NCBI GenBank assembly: GCA_036172245.1
Contig: JAYWIR010000005.1
Coordinates: 1,798,001 to 1,862,000, forward strand
DNA from: Raillietiella orientalis
Lineage: Eukaryota
Reading direction: 5' to 3'
DNA length: 64,000 bases
Shown piece by piece: positions 12,644 to 24,199 of the stretch. A program made the translations under genes and the position numbers. The notes below the pieces were generated by a model that saw only the letters and a list, made by a program, of their open reading frames with translations, was not told where the DNA came from and ran no database searches. Within the stretch, counting starts at the first letter, position 1; every line of letters starts with the position of its first letter.

Positions 12644-13110
12644 ACGTTGCTGGCCGCATGGCCGCTGTCACGGCTTGCAGCACAGGGTATCGCGGGTTCG
12701 AATCCTGCCCGGGGAATTTACCGACGCCGACAACGGCGGTTGCGTCGTCGTGGGTTTCGATTCCCTCCCTCAAGATGACGCTGGTTGGCCCCGTTGACTG
12801 GTCACGATTGGAAATTGACCCTCCGGGGTTCTTCCTGGAACCAAGAAAGCCCCTCGGGATTCTCCATCAATGGCCAATATCCCTCTCGGAGGGTTACCTT
12901 TCCAGAGTGCAAAAAGCAAGCTGCTCCCTTCTGGGAGCGTTCTTCAGGATTCTCTCCAGATAGGGAACCAGGAGCGGTTACCCAGGAGAAGAAATTCAAG
13001 GAGTGGATCCTTTCCAGGTTCCCTTTGGGAAAGAAGCGAGGACTGGCCTTCACTGGGGGCTCTCCTCCAGAGAACAAGGCAGGTGTTCCGTTCGGAAACA
13101 ACCAGTGCCC
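12644..13110 (+). mobile_element. tRNA-derived SINE, 5' two-thirds, truncated by a LINE insertion
   Basis: A-box TGGCCGCATGG 12651-12661, B-box GGTTCGAATCC 12695-12705, T-arm GCGGG-TTCGAAT-CCTGC, conserved body. Confidence 0.8.
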
Positions 13111-13783
13111 ATGAACAGCAGCGCTTCCCCCCTGAATTAGCGGGAATCGGCACTCCTGCTGTTGCACTGGGGTCTTCCCTGCAACTCTCGCCTCACCACT
13201 GGACGCTGAGGGAGGGGAAGGGGGGAGGTGGAGCTCGAACTGTCGCATGTGTGGAAGACGGGAATCTCCCCCCCCGCCCTTGCTTGTGGACTACGTTGCC
13301 CTCCAGCCCCCCTGGGAACGTTACGGAGCGACCCTGCGGTCCCCGGTTGGACCTCCAGGGTCATTTTACCACGCTCCTCTTTCTGCGGGATGCCCTGCAG
13401 CCAATCTCAGTCCGCTTCATCCACAGACTGCATCGGTCTGGAGCGAAGTCAACGGAGGAAGAAACGGTAGGGACACCGTTTAGTCCGCAGTTCGCTTCCT
13501 GCAGGAAGCGGCCAGATGGCCCCACTTATTCGGATGGACCTAGCTGGCATCCTGGAAAGGATGCAGAGGACCCTCCCTAGTAGACAGTGACCTCTTCCCG
13601 ACCCTTTCCAAAATCTTTTTTTACTTTCATTTACTCTTTCTTTTTTCTTTTGCGTTTTGTTTTCTCTCCTCCCCCTCCCCCGCACTGCCGAAGGGGACCC
13701 CGCGCCGCTCCTCGGCAGCTTCATCACACCAATGCACTTTTATTATATTATGTAATGAATGTCCCGACACAACTGGGTGATAA
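13111..13783 (+). mobile_element. 5'-truncated L1/Tx1-like LINE, family A
   Basis: ALLLLHWG and CRMCGRRESP..LLVDY knuckle; LAGILERMQRT C-terminus with stem-loop 13547-13564; T-rich UTR; terminal AATGAATGTCCCGACACAACTGGGTGA. Confidence 0.75.
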
Positions 13784-14336
13784 TCATCCTGTTGACATCC
13801 GGTTACGTGGTGACACCAAATTGGGACGTGATGTGAGGATCATCCGATCATCCACTCGTGCTTTCTGCAGCTCTCGCCTCAGCGTCTCCCGTGGCAGCAT
13901 CCCAGCCTGAAGGGTTGGATATGCTGGCGCCCACGCCCGATAGGGCAATCAGGAGAGTTTCGCGGCTTTCTACGTCGACGGCACCGGACAGACGACCATG
14001 CAGGGGCTCCGGAAGCTGACCTTCGGGTTAGCGGATGGATTCGACTCGGTCTCCAGGAAACTAGTTCTTGAAGCCTTTCGGTTCGCGTGAGCTGCTTCCC
14101 CCGAGACGTGGACGAAGCGGTTCCACCATGGGCGGCATTGCTTGCGCCAGTGGGTCCATGTCACTGCCATCACCTTAGTCTTGACCACAGGGGAAGCGCG
14201 GACTTCCAGAGAAGGGGATGCCGCAAGGAGGAAGGGATGGGATGCCATTGGTAAATCAGTCATCAGTTTGTCGCTGCCTCTGGCAGAAGAGCACGAACAA
14301 ATAGCAGCGATTTGTTCCCGTCAGGCCGCTTCCGAA

Positions 14337-14376
14337 GATCGGAATGCTGGGAGTTGAAACTCCCAGCATTCCGATC
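14337..14376. repeat. Perfect 40-bp hairpin (18-bp stem, TGAA loop)
   Basis: GATCGGAATGCTGGGAGT-TGAA-ACTCCCAGCATTCCGATC. Confidence 0.95.
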
Positions 14377-17300
14377 ATCAACCTAAAGAAGTCTCGTTTG
14401 CCAACGTCCCCTCTTTTTCAAAAGGTCATTTCGTTTGGTCAGCTTTCGCTCCGTTACAGAACAGCAGCTCCTTGAGCCGCAAACTCTCCGGACGGAACCG
14501 AAAGTTTCATGTGCCGCCTCGCGTAGGCAAGACGAACTCGAGCGCCACACCTTCCGCACTGCCGACTTCCTTCCATCTTGGGTGCCTTTCCGACCCATCT
14601 CGCTCAGGGAGTCCGAATTCGCTTCCCCGGTCTCCAGCACCTCATTTTTCCTCCTTGTCCGGATCCCGGATCCGTCTGCACGGGGACATTTCTCCAAACG
14701 GGCAGGGAGGAAGATCCCCGTGAGCTTCCTGGAAAAATCGGGAACAGGGACTTCCGTTCTTTCGAAAGAGAGGAGAGGCTGCAGAGGCACGGAAGCACCA
14801 AACTTTCACTGGCAGCTCGCTCTTTCGCGCAGCCGATCCCGCTCAGCTTCCCAAGCATCCGAAAGATCCGAGAAACTGGGGAATATCCGAAGGATCGGTC
14901 CCTGGATTGGGTTGGAGCGGCACCTCGGGATTCCAGACTTTCGCGCTCGCCGAGTCGCTGTCCGCAGCCTCTGAAGGCATGCCACGTTGCGTGGGCGCTT
15001 CTCCGAGCCCAGGAAGAGGTCTCGCAGGAACACGTTGCCAGCTTCCGCAAGTATTCTGACGAACGGTGGCTCCGGGGCCGCCTGGTTCGCTCTGCTGGAT
15101 TGGTGATGGCAGGAAAATGCCCTGCCAGAGTAGACACCCGCCTTTGCGGGGACGACTTGCCTGGAAGCCGCAGCAGGGGACACCCGTGGCGTCTCGAACC
15201 CCGCCGCCCTAGAAAGAGGTCGAGTTTGCTCCTACGAATCTCAGGAGAGGTGTCGCCTGACCATGGTCCCCGTGCAGAGGGTCTGCCGGGACAATGAAGC
15301 GCGTGCGCTTCCCAACACAGCCATCCGAGCTCTCCTGGATTCCGAGATGACAAGTGCCCACAGCCGATGACATCCGTGCAGCGCCATCCATGGTCGGTGC
15401 CACGAACTCATCGCAGGAGGGGTCGGCTGGATTCTGTGTGACCTTGCCGGCGGACCTCATCAGAAGCAAACGGCGGTGGTAACCATGGAAAACGTGAGTG
15501 TGGTGAGGTGTGTCTGGTGAGGTGCGGCACCTCCTGCAGGTTCGTTCCCCCTGGAACCTCCACTTCCGGAGTGTTCGCTCGTGGTGTCGCACCCCATTCC
15601 TCTTCTTCCCTTGCGGACTTTCGTAGAGGTCAGTCACCCCACCTTTTCCCTAGAGGACAAAGGAGAAGGGGTCTTTGGCCCAGCAGCTCGCCGGCATACG
15701 GGTGAGCCGCTCCTCACTTACAAAGCGGAAGGAAGCCGCAAGAGGGCTGCAAGAAGGCACACACGCGAAGGGGCTCGTGGGAGCTGGATGCCGACTTCCC
15801 TCACCGCAGTACAGTCCTCCGAGAGCAGGAACAAATACCCCTCGACCTCGGGACCCCCCCTATCCTTCTGCTCGATCACTTGCGGAGATTCACCTCCTCC
15901 CTGCACTCCCGTGCTGACTCGGCTCTACTCCTGGTCACCGCCATGCCTTTCTCGGTGGGAACGAATGGCGCCGCCAACACCTGCAACAGGAATCGCGCGG
16001 GTCACCGAAGCCGAGGGGTGATCAGGGGTAGGACTGCGGCGGCAGAAGGGAGCATTTCCCCGCTCCCGGGGGGGCGACCTCGCAGCCCTGGAATGCCTTT
16101 GCGGCCGCCGACGTCGTCGTTCTTTCGAGGCTTCAGAAACGCCTCAGGGAAAAGCCGCCAGAGGCAGCACCTCCTGCTCGGTGGCAGGAGGAGGGCGAGT
16201 GCCTGGAGACGCGAGAAAAGGAGGGGGGATGATCCCCTTTCCTTTTCTTCCCCTCCTCCCTTCTCTTCAAAAAAGGAAAGGGGGGGTCATCGCCAGCGCC
16301 CCCGTGCTCTGTGCTCTCCGATCCCTGCTTCCTCGGGGACCCGTTGCCCGGCACTCCGCTCGAGGCGCCGGCACTCGAGCTTGGCTCTCTTCGCGGGACC
16401 GTCGAAGGGCTGCCTCGGTTCCTCTCTCCCGTCTTATCTTTCGGGCGAGCTCCGTCAGTTGCCCTGGGTCCAAATTCGGCCCTCGAGAGGAAGTGCGCGG
16501 GCTTCCAATGGCAATGCCACGAGCAGAGCCATCGGAAGTGGGGACCGCTCCCGAGCTTGCCTTCTCCTCCCCCCCGGGGCGGTCGTTGCCCTTCCGACGC
16601 TAGCTGCACCGCGCCGGTCGCGTGGGTCGAAGGCGGCGAAGCCATCAGATTCTAGGGGTGACAAGGGGAGGAGGGGGCGGGTAGAAGGCGAGTCGGAAGG
16701 CTCCGAAATGGACCACTAGAGGATGGTCTATTTCGGAATCTCCCGCTGCTCGGTCCGTGCGACAAGGTCTCACGCCGCAGCGGCTTCGAGAGGCTGCGTT
16801 CTCGGAAGGTTCCAGGATGGGCTCGACCCTCTGAGGGATGAGCACGGGTGGGAGGGAAGACGAAGCCCTGCTCGTTTCTAGGATACGGCCGAGCGGCGCG
16901 GCAGCGGGAACTGGCGGAGTACGGCGGTTCCGGACAGGCCCTGCATGCGCGGGAGGGTCCGAGCGCTTCTGCCGTGCGGTGCCGTCCGATCGAGCACGGC
17001 CCTTCTCTGTGCGGGCTAACGTGTCTTCGGCAGAGCTCTCAGCCACCCCCCCGCGCGCGCGTCTCTCCTCGAGTGCTCGCGCGGTCCGTCAAGGTCCGGG
17101 AGAGGAGGATGCAACCCGCGAGTTTTCAGGGTGTCCAGGGTGCCTGGAGATCGCAGATCCGCCTTCTCCTCGGGTTGTCAAAGACTACGCGCGCGAGAGT
17201 TCGTCCAGGAAAAGATGGCGGGAAAATCTCCCCTCCTCCCCCTTCCGCGGATGGACTGCGCTCGGCTGGGAGCGCACTTAACCCCACGCGAGGCGGGCGC

Positions 17301-17734
17301 CTGGTCCAGCATCTGCTCCCGATTGTCCAATATGTCTCCGGACCCGGACGTCGCCAAGCCAGGCTGGCCGGCGCGCGCCCCGCCCAGGCGCCACATGTTC
17401 CACATCCCGTATTTGCATAGAAACTGTTGCGGATGCTGGAATTTCCGGAGCCGAGGCGAAAAAATTCCCTGAGGAGCAACGAGGACGCCGGAGGAGGAGT
17501 CTCTCGCAGGAAGGGGGGGGGGGGGGGGGAGGAATACCGTGCGGAGTCCCTTGCTTTCCCCCCAACCCCGAAGCCAGCGGGAGGAGCAGTCGCCCCTCGG
17601 ACCCCGTCGGTCATGAGCGCGTTCTCGGCGGAGGGAGCGCTCTGTCCACCGCCAGGGGAGCTGCCGTCGAACTGCGGGGCGCAACCTCTGGCGGCTGTGG
17701 ACTGAGCATCTCGCGAAGCGGCCGACCATCTATC

Positions 17735-18250
17735 GGGAGGGAGGGGTGGGGAGAAAGTGGCGGTAGAGAGGAAGAAAGGCAAAGGAAGAGGGAGATGAAG
17801 AATGAATGAAGAGGGATGGAAGGGGACGGGAAGTAAAGTGGAGGAAGCGTGCTAGAGACAAAGGGAAAGGAGGAAGGGAAGAGGAAGGAAAAGGATCAGG
17901 GAAAGAAGAGGAGGAATAGGATCGGAGGGAGCGGAGGGAAGATGAGGAGGAACGGAGGGAGGTGGAGGAGGAGGAAGGAAAAGCAGCAGGAAAAAAAGAG
18001 GAGGGAGGAGGGGGAGGAACGAAGGAAGGAAGAGTAGAGAGGGAGGAAGAGGAAGGCAGAAGAAAAATATGAGGGGAAAAGGAGGTGTAGATGGAAGAGG
18101 AGAGGAAGAAAAGATGATGTGATGGGGGGGAAGAGAGAAGGTGGAAGGGAGGGGGAGGAGAAGAAAAAGGGGAAAGGGGGAGGGAAGGGAAGAGGGAAGA
18201 GGAAGAAGAGGAGAAAAACAGGAATGGAGGGAGGAGGAAGAGTCGGGGAG
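17735..18250 (+). repeat. Polypurine (GA-rich) low-complexity tract
   Basis: About 500 bp almost entirely G/A (GGA, GAA, GGAA motifs). Confidence 0.9.
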
Positions 18251-18919
18251 ATAAGCGACCCATCATTACTCTTCATGACAACGCGCGGAGATAAGCGAGA
18301 CTGCCTCTGTCATTTCCGCGCTGATTCCCGATGGCTGCGGGAGATTCCCGCAGGAGCAAAGGAGAGCACCCGAAGCGAATCCTCCTCCTCTCTTGGAGGA
18401 ATCGGGTTTTCCAGGAAGCCACCTCTCCCCTCCCATCTGCCTCCGGAAAAAAAAGGGAGCGAGGGATCAGCAAAGGTTGGCGGAGTCGGAGCGTCCCGGG
18501 GCTGACGAGAGGCAGGGAAGGCTGCGAAGCGCTGCAAACAGTCCCGTGTCCTGGGGTCGCTGGGTCCTTGCGGAAGGGGTGAGAGACGTAATGTGGGGGG
18601 AGGGGAATCCTCCCCATGCACGGAAAGCATCTCTGGAAAGTTCCGGGATTCCTGGAACTTTCCAGAGGTGCTTCCAGAGCGCTCCCAGGTGGGCCTCGCC
18701 CCCACCTGACCGGGGTGCTCTTGCGAGCAGGAAAGTGCATTAGAGAAGGGACCGACCGCGTCCTTCTCCTGGGAGCGGGTGCGGGGGAGAGGCGGCGGCG
18801 ACTTCACGGTTGTCACAGAGATCAAAGCCAGTAAATGGGACAGAAGGCAGTGAAGGTGCAGGAAACCCTCTACAGGTCACGGACATCTTCCGTGCTCACG
18901 GGTTTGGCATTCTCCCCCT

Positions 18920-19090
18920 TCCTTTCCTCCTTTAGAGACAGCGAACGTTCTTCTTCTTCTTCCCTGCTCCCCCATCCTCTTCTCCTCTCTTCCATTCCAC
19001 CTTTCCTATCCCCCCTGCCGCGGAGTCATTTCCTCCTCCTCCCCTCCCTCCCTCTCTCTCCCGAACACCTTCTCCTCCCTTCCTTTCCCT
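18920..19090 (+). repeat. Polypyrimidine (CT-rich) low-complexity tract
   Basis: Direct inspection. Confidence 0.75.
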
Positions 19091-19895
19091 TACAGAAAAA
19101 ACAACGGTGAGAAGCCTTCGGGGCATCGGCAAGGAAGGGCAGCAGAAGCAGAAAAGAAGTGGCTGATGACGTCGACGTCAGTGGTGGAGGCGCCGACGTC
19201 CACGACCATGCCAGAGCCGCTGCTGTCGATGGCGACGACGGCAGTGAGACGACGATGACGTAGATGGTAAAGAGGAAGAAAGGGACAGATGCTCAACCTG
19301 TGGAGGTCACGGGTGGCGGGGCGATACCGCCCCCTCTGAAGGGGGACGATGCGCGGGGTCCTTTCCATTCATCCGTGAAGGGGAGGAAGGGGGGAAGCTG
19401 AAGCGCCATCCGACCTGCGGCGCGCCCTGACCCGAGCGGCGCCTCTTCCGTGTTCCGACGCGCCGACGCACCTCCTCCCGGCTTCCCGGGGATCGGCGCG
19501 GGCCGGGAAATGGGGAGAGAGGCTGCCGCGCCGGCGCCTTCCGCGTGCTTTTTGGCGCTCCTGAACGAATGGGTGTGGGGGTGGAGAGCGACGGTCTCGC
19601 CGGTCCGTCGGCCGCAGTGCTGCCAGCGGTCGAGCGTGCAGTGGCGGCGACGAGTGGCGCGAGTTCGAATCATCCGGGAGGATCGACGCAGCCGGGTTGG
19701 GTGCATCGAGAGTTTCGAGTCTGCGCAGGATGACGGCACTGGGGTCGTCCGCCCGATGAAAGGTCTAAGTGAGTGCTGAAGTGGCCGCCTCCTGCCACTT
19801 CACATGCGCCTCATGTGTGCGACAACTCCCCCATGCGGCATTGCTGTAGGGACTCTCCTATGCCCCCTATGGGGTGAAGCAATGGTTACTTTGAT

Positions 19896-21037
19896 TTTCC
19901 CCAATCCAACAGGGTGGGGTAAATTCATTTCCTTCTTATCATTCACACTACATTATCATACATTCTATAACCCAATCACACCACAAATGTCACTGTGAAG
20001 TCAGCTTCTTGGGGTTTCACTAAGGTTCTGCATTTAAAGGGAATTGGGACTCGTTTGTGCCTGGACGTTGATCTCCATCCTCTGTAGGGTGCATCGGTAG
20101 GTCCAAGCCGGCACTCTCCCGCAGTTTTTAAGTCGATCTCCTTCTGGATAAGCTCTTTCAGGATTTCCATTGGAGATACGGCCGTCCTGGTGGTCTTCAT
20201 CTTCCACCATCACACAAGGACGGCGGTGATGAAGAGGGCGATGATCATCCTCACCATGGGGTAATAACAGGGAATGTTCCTATTTCCTTGGAACATCCCT
20301 GCTAAAATTCCATGACTGAAGTGATGGACAGCCCTATAACCCTTTACAGAGCTTGCCAGTTGTGATGCATTGTGGGACATATCAAGACGAAATCTCGCAT
20401 CGATGTCTCCACATGCTTTGCAGTCCTCGTCTTCTCTTCTTCCCGTGAAGTGCTTCATCCCAGGCCCACTCAGGATTCCACCGTGATAAAACATCAGGAG
20501 GTTATCCTGAGAGTCTGGCGGTAGATCACTTCTCTAGAGCATCGTTCCGATCGCTAACAGGTTGATCCTGTCGCTCCCGTAGCGTTAGGCGGCTTCTTGG
20601 AGGGCACTGGTGTCCTTGTCGCCTTCAAGTATTATCTTTCGGAGATTCTGCTTGTTCTCCCTGGACCACGCGAAGTTATTATGGTTTTTCTACACCTCTT
20701 GGATCTTGTGTGTGAACCTTCCTGTCATCATCTCAATGTACCGGAGTACTCTAGAGTGATGAAGATAGCCTCCTCGTCTCCGTGCTTGAATTCTTTGCAA
20801 GATAATCCTGGACTGCTGGTAGATCCAGCTCCTTGTGTCGCGAGGCATTGGGAGCATATACCAGATCACCAGGATGGATTTCTCCTGCCAGAGTTCCTTG
20901 CTCTTCGGTATGATCTTCAGTTTGTGCTTTCTCACCAGCCGCTGTTTTCTTCTCCACGTAGGGTCGATGGTGAACCATTCCCTGCTCGGCCTAGCAGCGC
21001 AGTCATCGGGTCCTTCGAGTTTTTTTAACAACAACGG
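19896..21037 (-). mobile_element. 5'-truncated non-LTR retrotransposon, divergent family C, with TSD
   Basis: ORFs 20690-21034, 20210-20494 and 19976-20200 share one frame (~350 codons, 4 internal stops, no frameshift) with RSDLPP...FYHGGIL...CKACG zf-RVT-like region; TSD ATGGTTACTTTG(A/G)T at 19882-19895 and 21038-21051. Confidence 0.75.
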
Positions 21038-22704
21038 ATGGTTACTTTGGTACCCTCTCTCTCCTTAAAATGGGAAAACCAGAAGAGGAAGGGAGGGAGA
21101 ATGGAAAAGCTGAATCAGATTTTCCAGCATCCGCCTAGAGGAGACGAACACGTGCGAAGAGCGCTCCTGCTTCTTTCCGTCCTGCTTGGGATAGTCGCTG
21201 ATGGAGTAGGGAGTACGCCCACCTTAGAGCCCTTTATCATGGACTGCACCTTCTCTGGCGGATGGTTCGAATGGCGAGGTGCCCTCTCCTGCCTCGGAAT
21301 CGCCGAGGTCCCGCGGGGAAGCGAAACCCGGCTCCACATCCGATCGGGAGGGGAACAGCGATGCGGAAGGGCGCAGCAACTGGAGTTCACCCTGAAGACC
21401 CCGGATGGTGAGTCGCCCTTCCATCCAAGTTCTTCGGCGCGCGCAACAGCTCTGGTACACAACAACAACAACATCAAAAAATTCCAGTTGAAAAATCTTC
21501 GAGGAACGACCTCCGTACGCCTTGCTTCAGTACTTCCACCAGGAGCCGCGCCTGTCGTCCCATATTTCCTAGCGCTCCTCCCCATCGTAGGGCTTCCATC
21601 CGTACCAGCCGGTTTGGCGTCACTCGCTGGGTGCGGACTTTCTCCCTCCGCGTCCCTCGAGGGGCGAGAAAAAGCGAGCGAAATAGCTGGAGGTCGCGTT
21701 TCCTGCCAGGAACGTCAGGAACGTCTCGGGAGCAACCCCGTCGCCACACTGGAACGTCACGTGTGCGGGACCCTACTCAGTGGTCAGCTTCCCGAACTGC
21801 CTTCGCAACAGCATGGTTGAGTTTATTCCTACCTGCCCTCGGGCTGCTTCCGGAGATTGTTCGAGCGCGCGTGCTGTCGACCCAACCAGGTCAGCTAAGC
21901 TCCGGCCTCGCCCACGCACGTTCATTCCGTCCCCATTCGGTTGTGTTCCCGACGACATGCTACTCAGGAGGCGCCGCCATGCCAATGCGATTCTGTTCTC
22001 AATCACTCAGGCATGTGGTCCCGATTTGCCTTAGACTTTGTTTCCCCCCTGAGTATCCCGCGAACCGAAGAGCCCACGGGGTCACGTTAATCAAATCCTA
22101 AAACGGTCGCGGTTATCCAGCGTTATGCACAGCCATGGGCTCAAGGCTAGGCGCAAGAATTATGGCGACAGCCGTCCACGCCTCCTTCAGGAACAAAATT
22201 GTTTGTGTTCCTGAAGGGTCCTCAGCGCGGGATTTGGAAGGAAAGCTGTGGCAGCTGAGAATAGCCTCGTGGCTCTCCGAACGGGAGCGATTTCCTCGAT
22301 AAACGCGGGCAACCTTCAAGGAGTGATCTTCGCCTGGAGGTGGGTTAGGGGGAAGGAAAAGCTGGAGAAGCCTTCGCCCAAAGCTGCTTTTGCTTCCGGG
22401 AAGAGCTGGGACATCTTCCTTTTCCCTGTTCCTCAGCGAACATCACCGGAGTTTGTGAGAGACCCCATGGCGCCACGTGCGCTGCCTCGTCCTTTGTACG
22501 TGGGAGGGGGTGGGAAAAATCCCTCTGCCTGCCATCATACGGGAATTCAGGCTTGCTTTCGGAAATTCCCTGCTGCCGCTAGGTGCCAGCACTCCATAGG
22601 AGCGCAGAGAAAAGCAGGACGGAGCACATCAAGAGCAAGGTAGCGCGCACGTGCGAGAATTCCGTAGAGGACGAAAGCTCCAGCTCCAACCGAAGCAGAT
22701 TTGA

Positions 22705-22892
22705 ACGAGGGAGGGAGGAAGGAAGGGAGAAGGAGGAGGAAGGATGGAGGAGGAAGAAGGATGGAAGAGGAAAAAAAAAGGAGGAGAAAGAGAAGGAGGA
22801 GGAAGCGAGGAGGAAGGGAGAAAGAGGAGGAAGGCAGGAAGAGGAAAAAGAGAAGGAGGAGGAAGAGAGAAAGAGGAAGAAAGAGAGGAGGA
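22705..22892 (+). repeat. Polypurine (GAG/GAA) tract
   Basis: Direct inspection. Confidence 0.9.
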
Positions 22893-22949
22893 CGGTTTCT
22901 GCTTGCAGAACCTGGGATATTTGAGACGAAGATAAGGCGACATGGAAGG

Positions 22950-23235
22950 GTAGAGCCGGAACATGACTGGACAGCTTGCAAGAGACGCGAGCTTCCTGGG
23001 ATATACTGCGGACGACAGTAGATGCAAGAGCGTGATGGATCTTTGCTTTCTGACTCAATCCTTGGCACGTGCATCGTCTGTAATACTTCGCAGGAAAAAA
23101 AAAATCGTCTCGAAACAGCATGAATTCCCCTTCTTCCTCCTCTGGATTACGGGCTGCAAGAAGAAATCGCCTCGGAGACAAAGTGATCTCTGACAAAGCG
23201 TCTCGGACGTGAAGCACCTCGGAAGGACTCCCGAA
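22950..23235 (+). pseudogene. Decayed reverse-transcriptase core fragment
   Basis: GYTADDS (YADD-like), SLARASSVILRRKK (ASGLxLNxxK-like) and VKHLG (KYLG-like) in canonical RT order. Confidence 0.5.
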
Positions 23236-24199
23236 GCTCCGATCTTTTCAGAGAGACACAGAATCAAGAAACATTAGCGTGGACGCTGCATTTCTTTCTT
23301 TGCACTACTCATGACCATCTCCAAAATGCTAATCGTGTTAGACGACTTTAGTACTTTCGTTGCCTTAGTCACTCAGTGGAGGCAGCCGACTTCGGAGGAG
23401 CAACTGCCGACCAGACCAACAGTGACAAGCTGACGAAGGAAGATCGTCTAAGGCTGATATCGCCAGCGTTCACTCCTGAGGACGTTCTTCATGCCGGTTC
23501 TTCTACTTGCTACTAAAATAAGGTCCATCTTTGGAGTCACTAACGACGTCTTCAGGGGAATGTTCTAGCCGGTGAACCAACCACACGAGACTACCACAAG
23601 TTTCCCTCCCTTCTCCGCGCACGGTTTCGAAACACCCAACTCTCAAAGAACTTTACCATTTTTCGCATCCCGCGGTTGTACGCAAACCATCATCCATGCC
23701 ACTACGAAGACATGGATGATGGTTCGCATATCCCTCCTCCCGGGATTTTTGCGCGGCAACATTTTGCATTCTTTTGCTTTCTGACAGTGCCAGACGCATC
23801 CTCCGCTGTCTGCGAGGACAGAAGACGTCCAGCACTACCGCTCTGTTGCCCTTCTGCAGCACCGGATCAGGCTGCGATCAACTAAAAGATCGGGGAGAGT
23901 CTGGACCAATAGTCATGCTGCCTTCCTGAAGACCTGAGTGTTTTCTCGTTAATCCCCGCAAAAGAAGACACTTGGTTGTGAAAGCTGCCGAGGAACAGCT
24001 CCTTACCCAAGACTGCAGGGCCGGAAAGATCCCTGTTCCTGGTTTGCTGGAATCCCAGACTTCGCGAAACCGAAGCTCTTTCTGTGCTCTGACGATGCGC
24101 TTCTTGGGGACGATTTTCGAACGATCTTCACGAACTGCGGCGGTCAGGGTGGGTTCATTCCTATCCTCCGCCCTCTTGGAAGCTTCCGTGCCTGGAACT

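Noticed and set aside
12644..12716. Possible tRNA gene (also near 8290 and 11064)
   Set aside because: The T-arm and A/B boxes are present, but acceptor and anticodon stems do not pair convincingly and each is fused to the same SINE body
17730..18276. Ser/Pro/Phe- or Glu/Arg/Lys-rich ORFs (also 22547-23217)
   Set aside because: Artefacts of stop-poor purine/pyrimidine low-complexity tracts
19976..21034. Endogenous viral element
   Set aside because: TSD, 5' truncation, CxxC knuckle region and polyA-signal/hairpin end fit a non-LTR retrotransposon better
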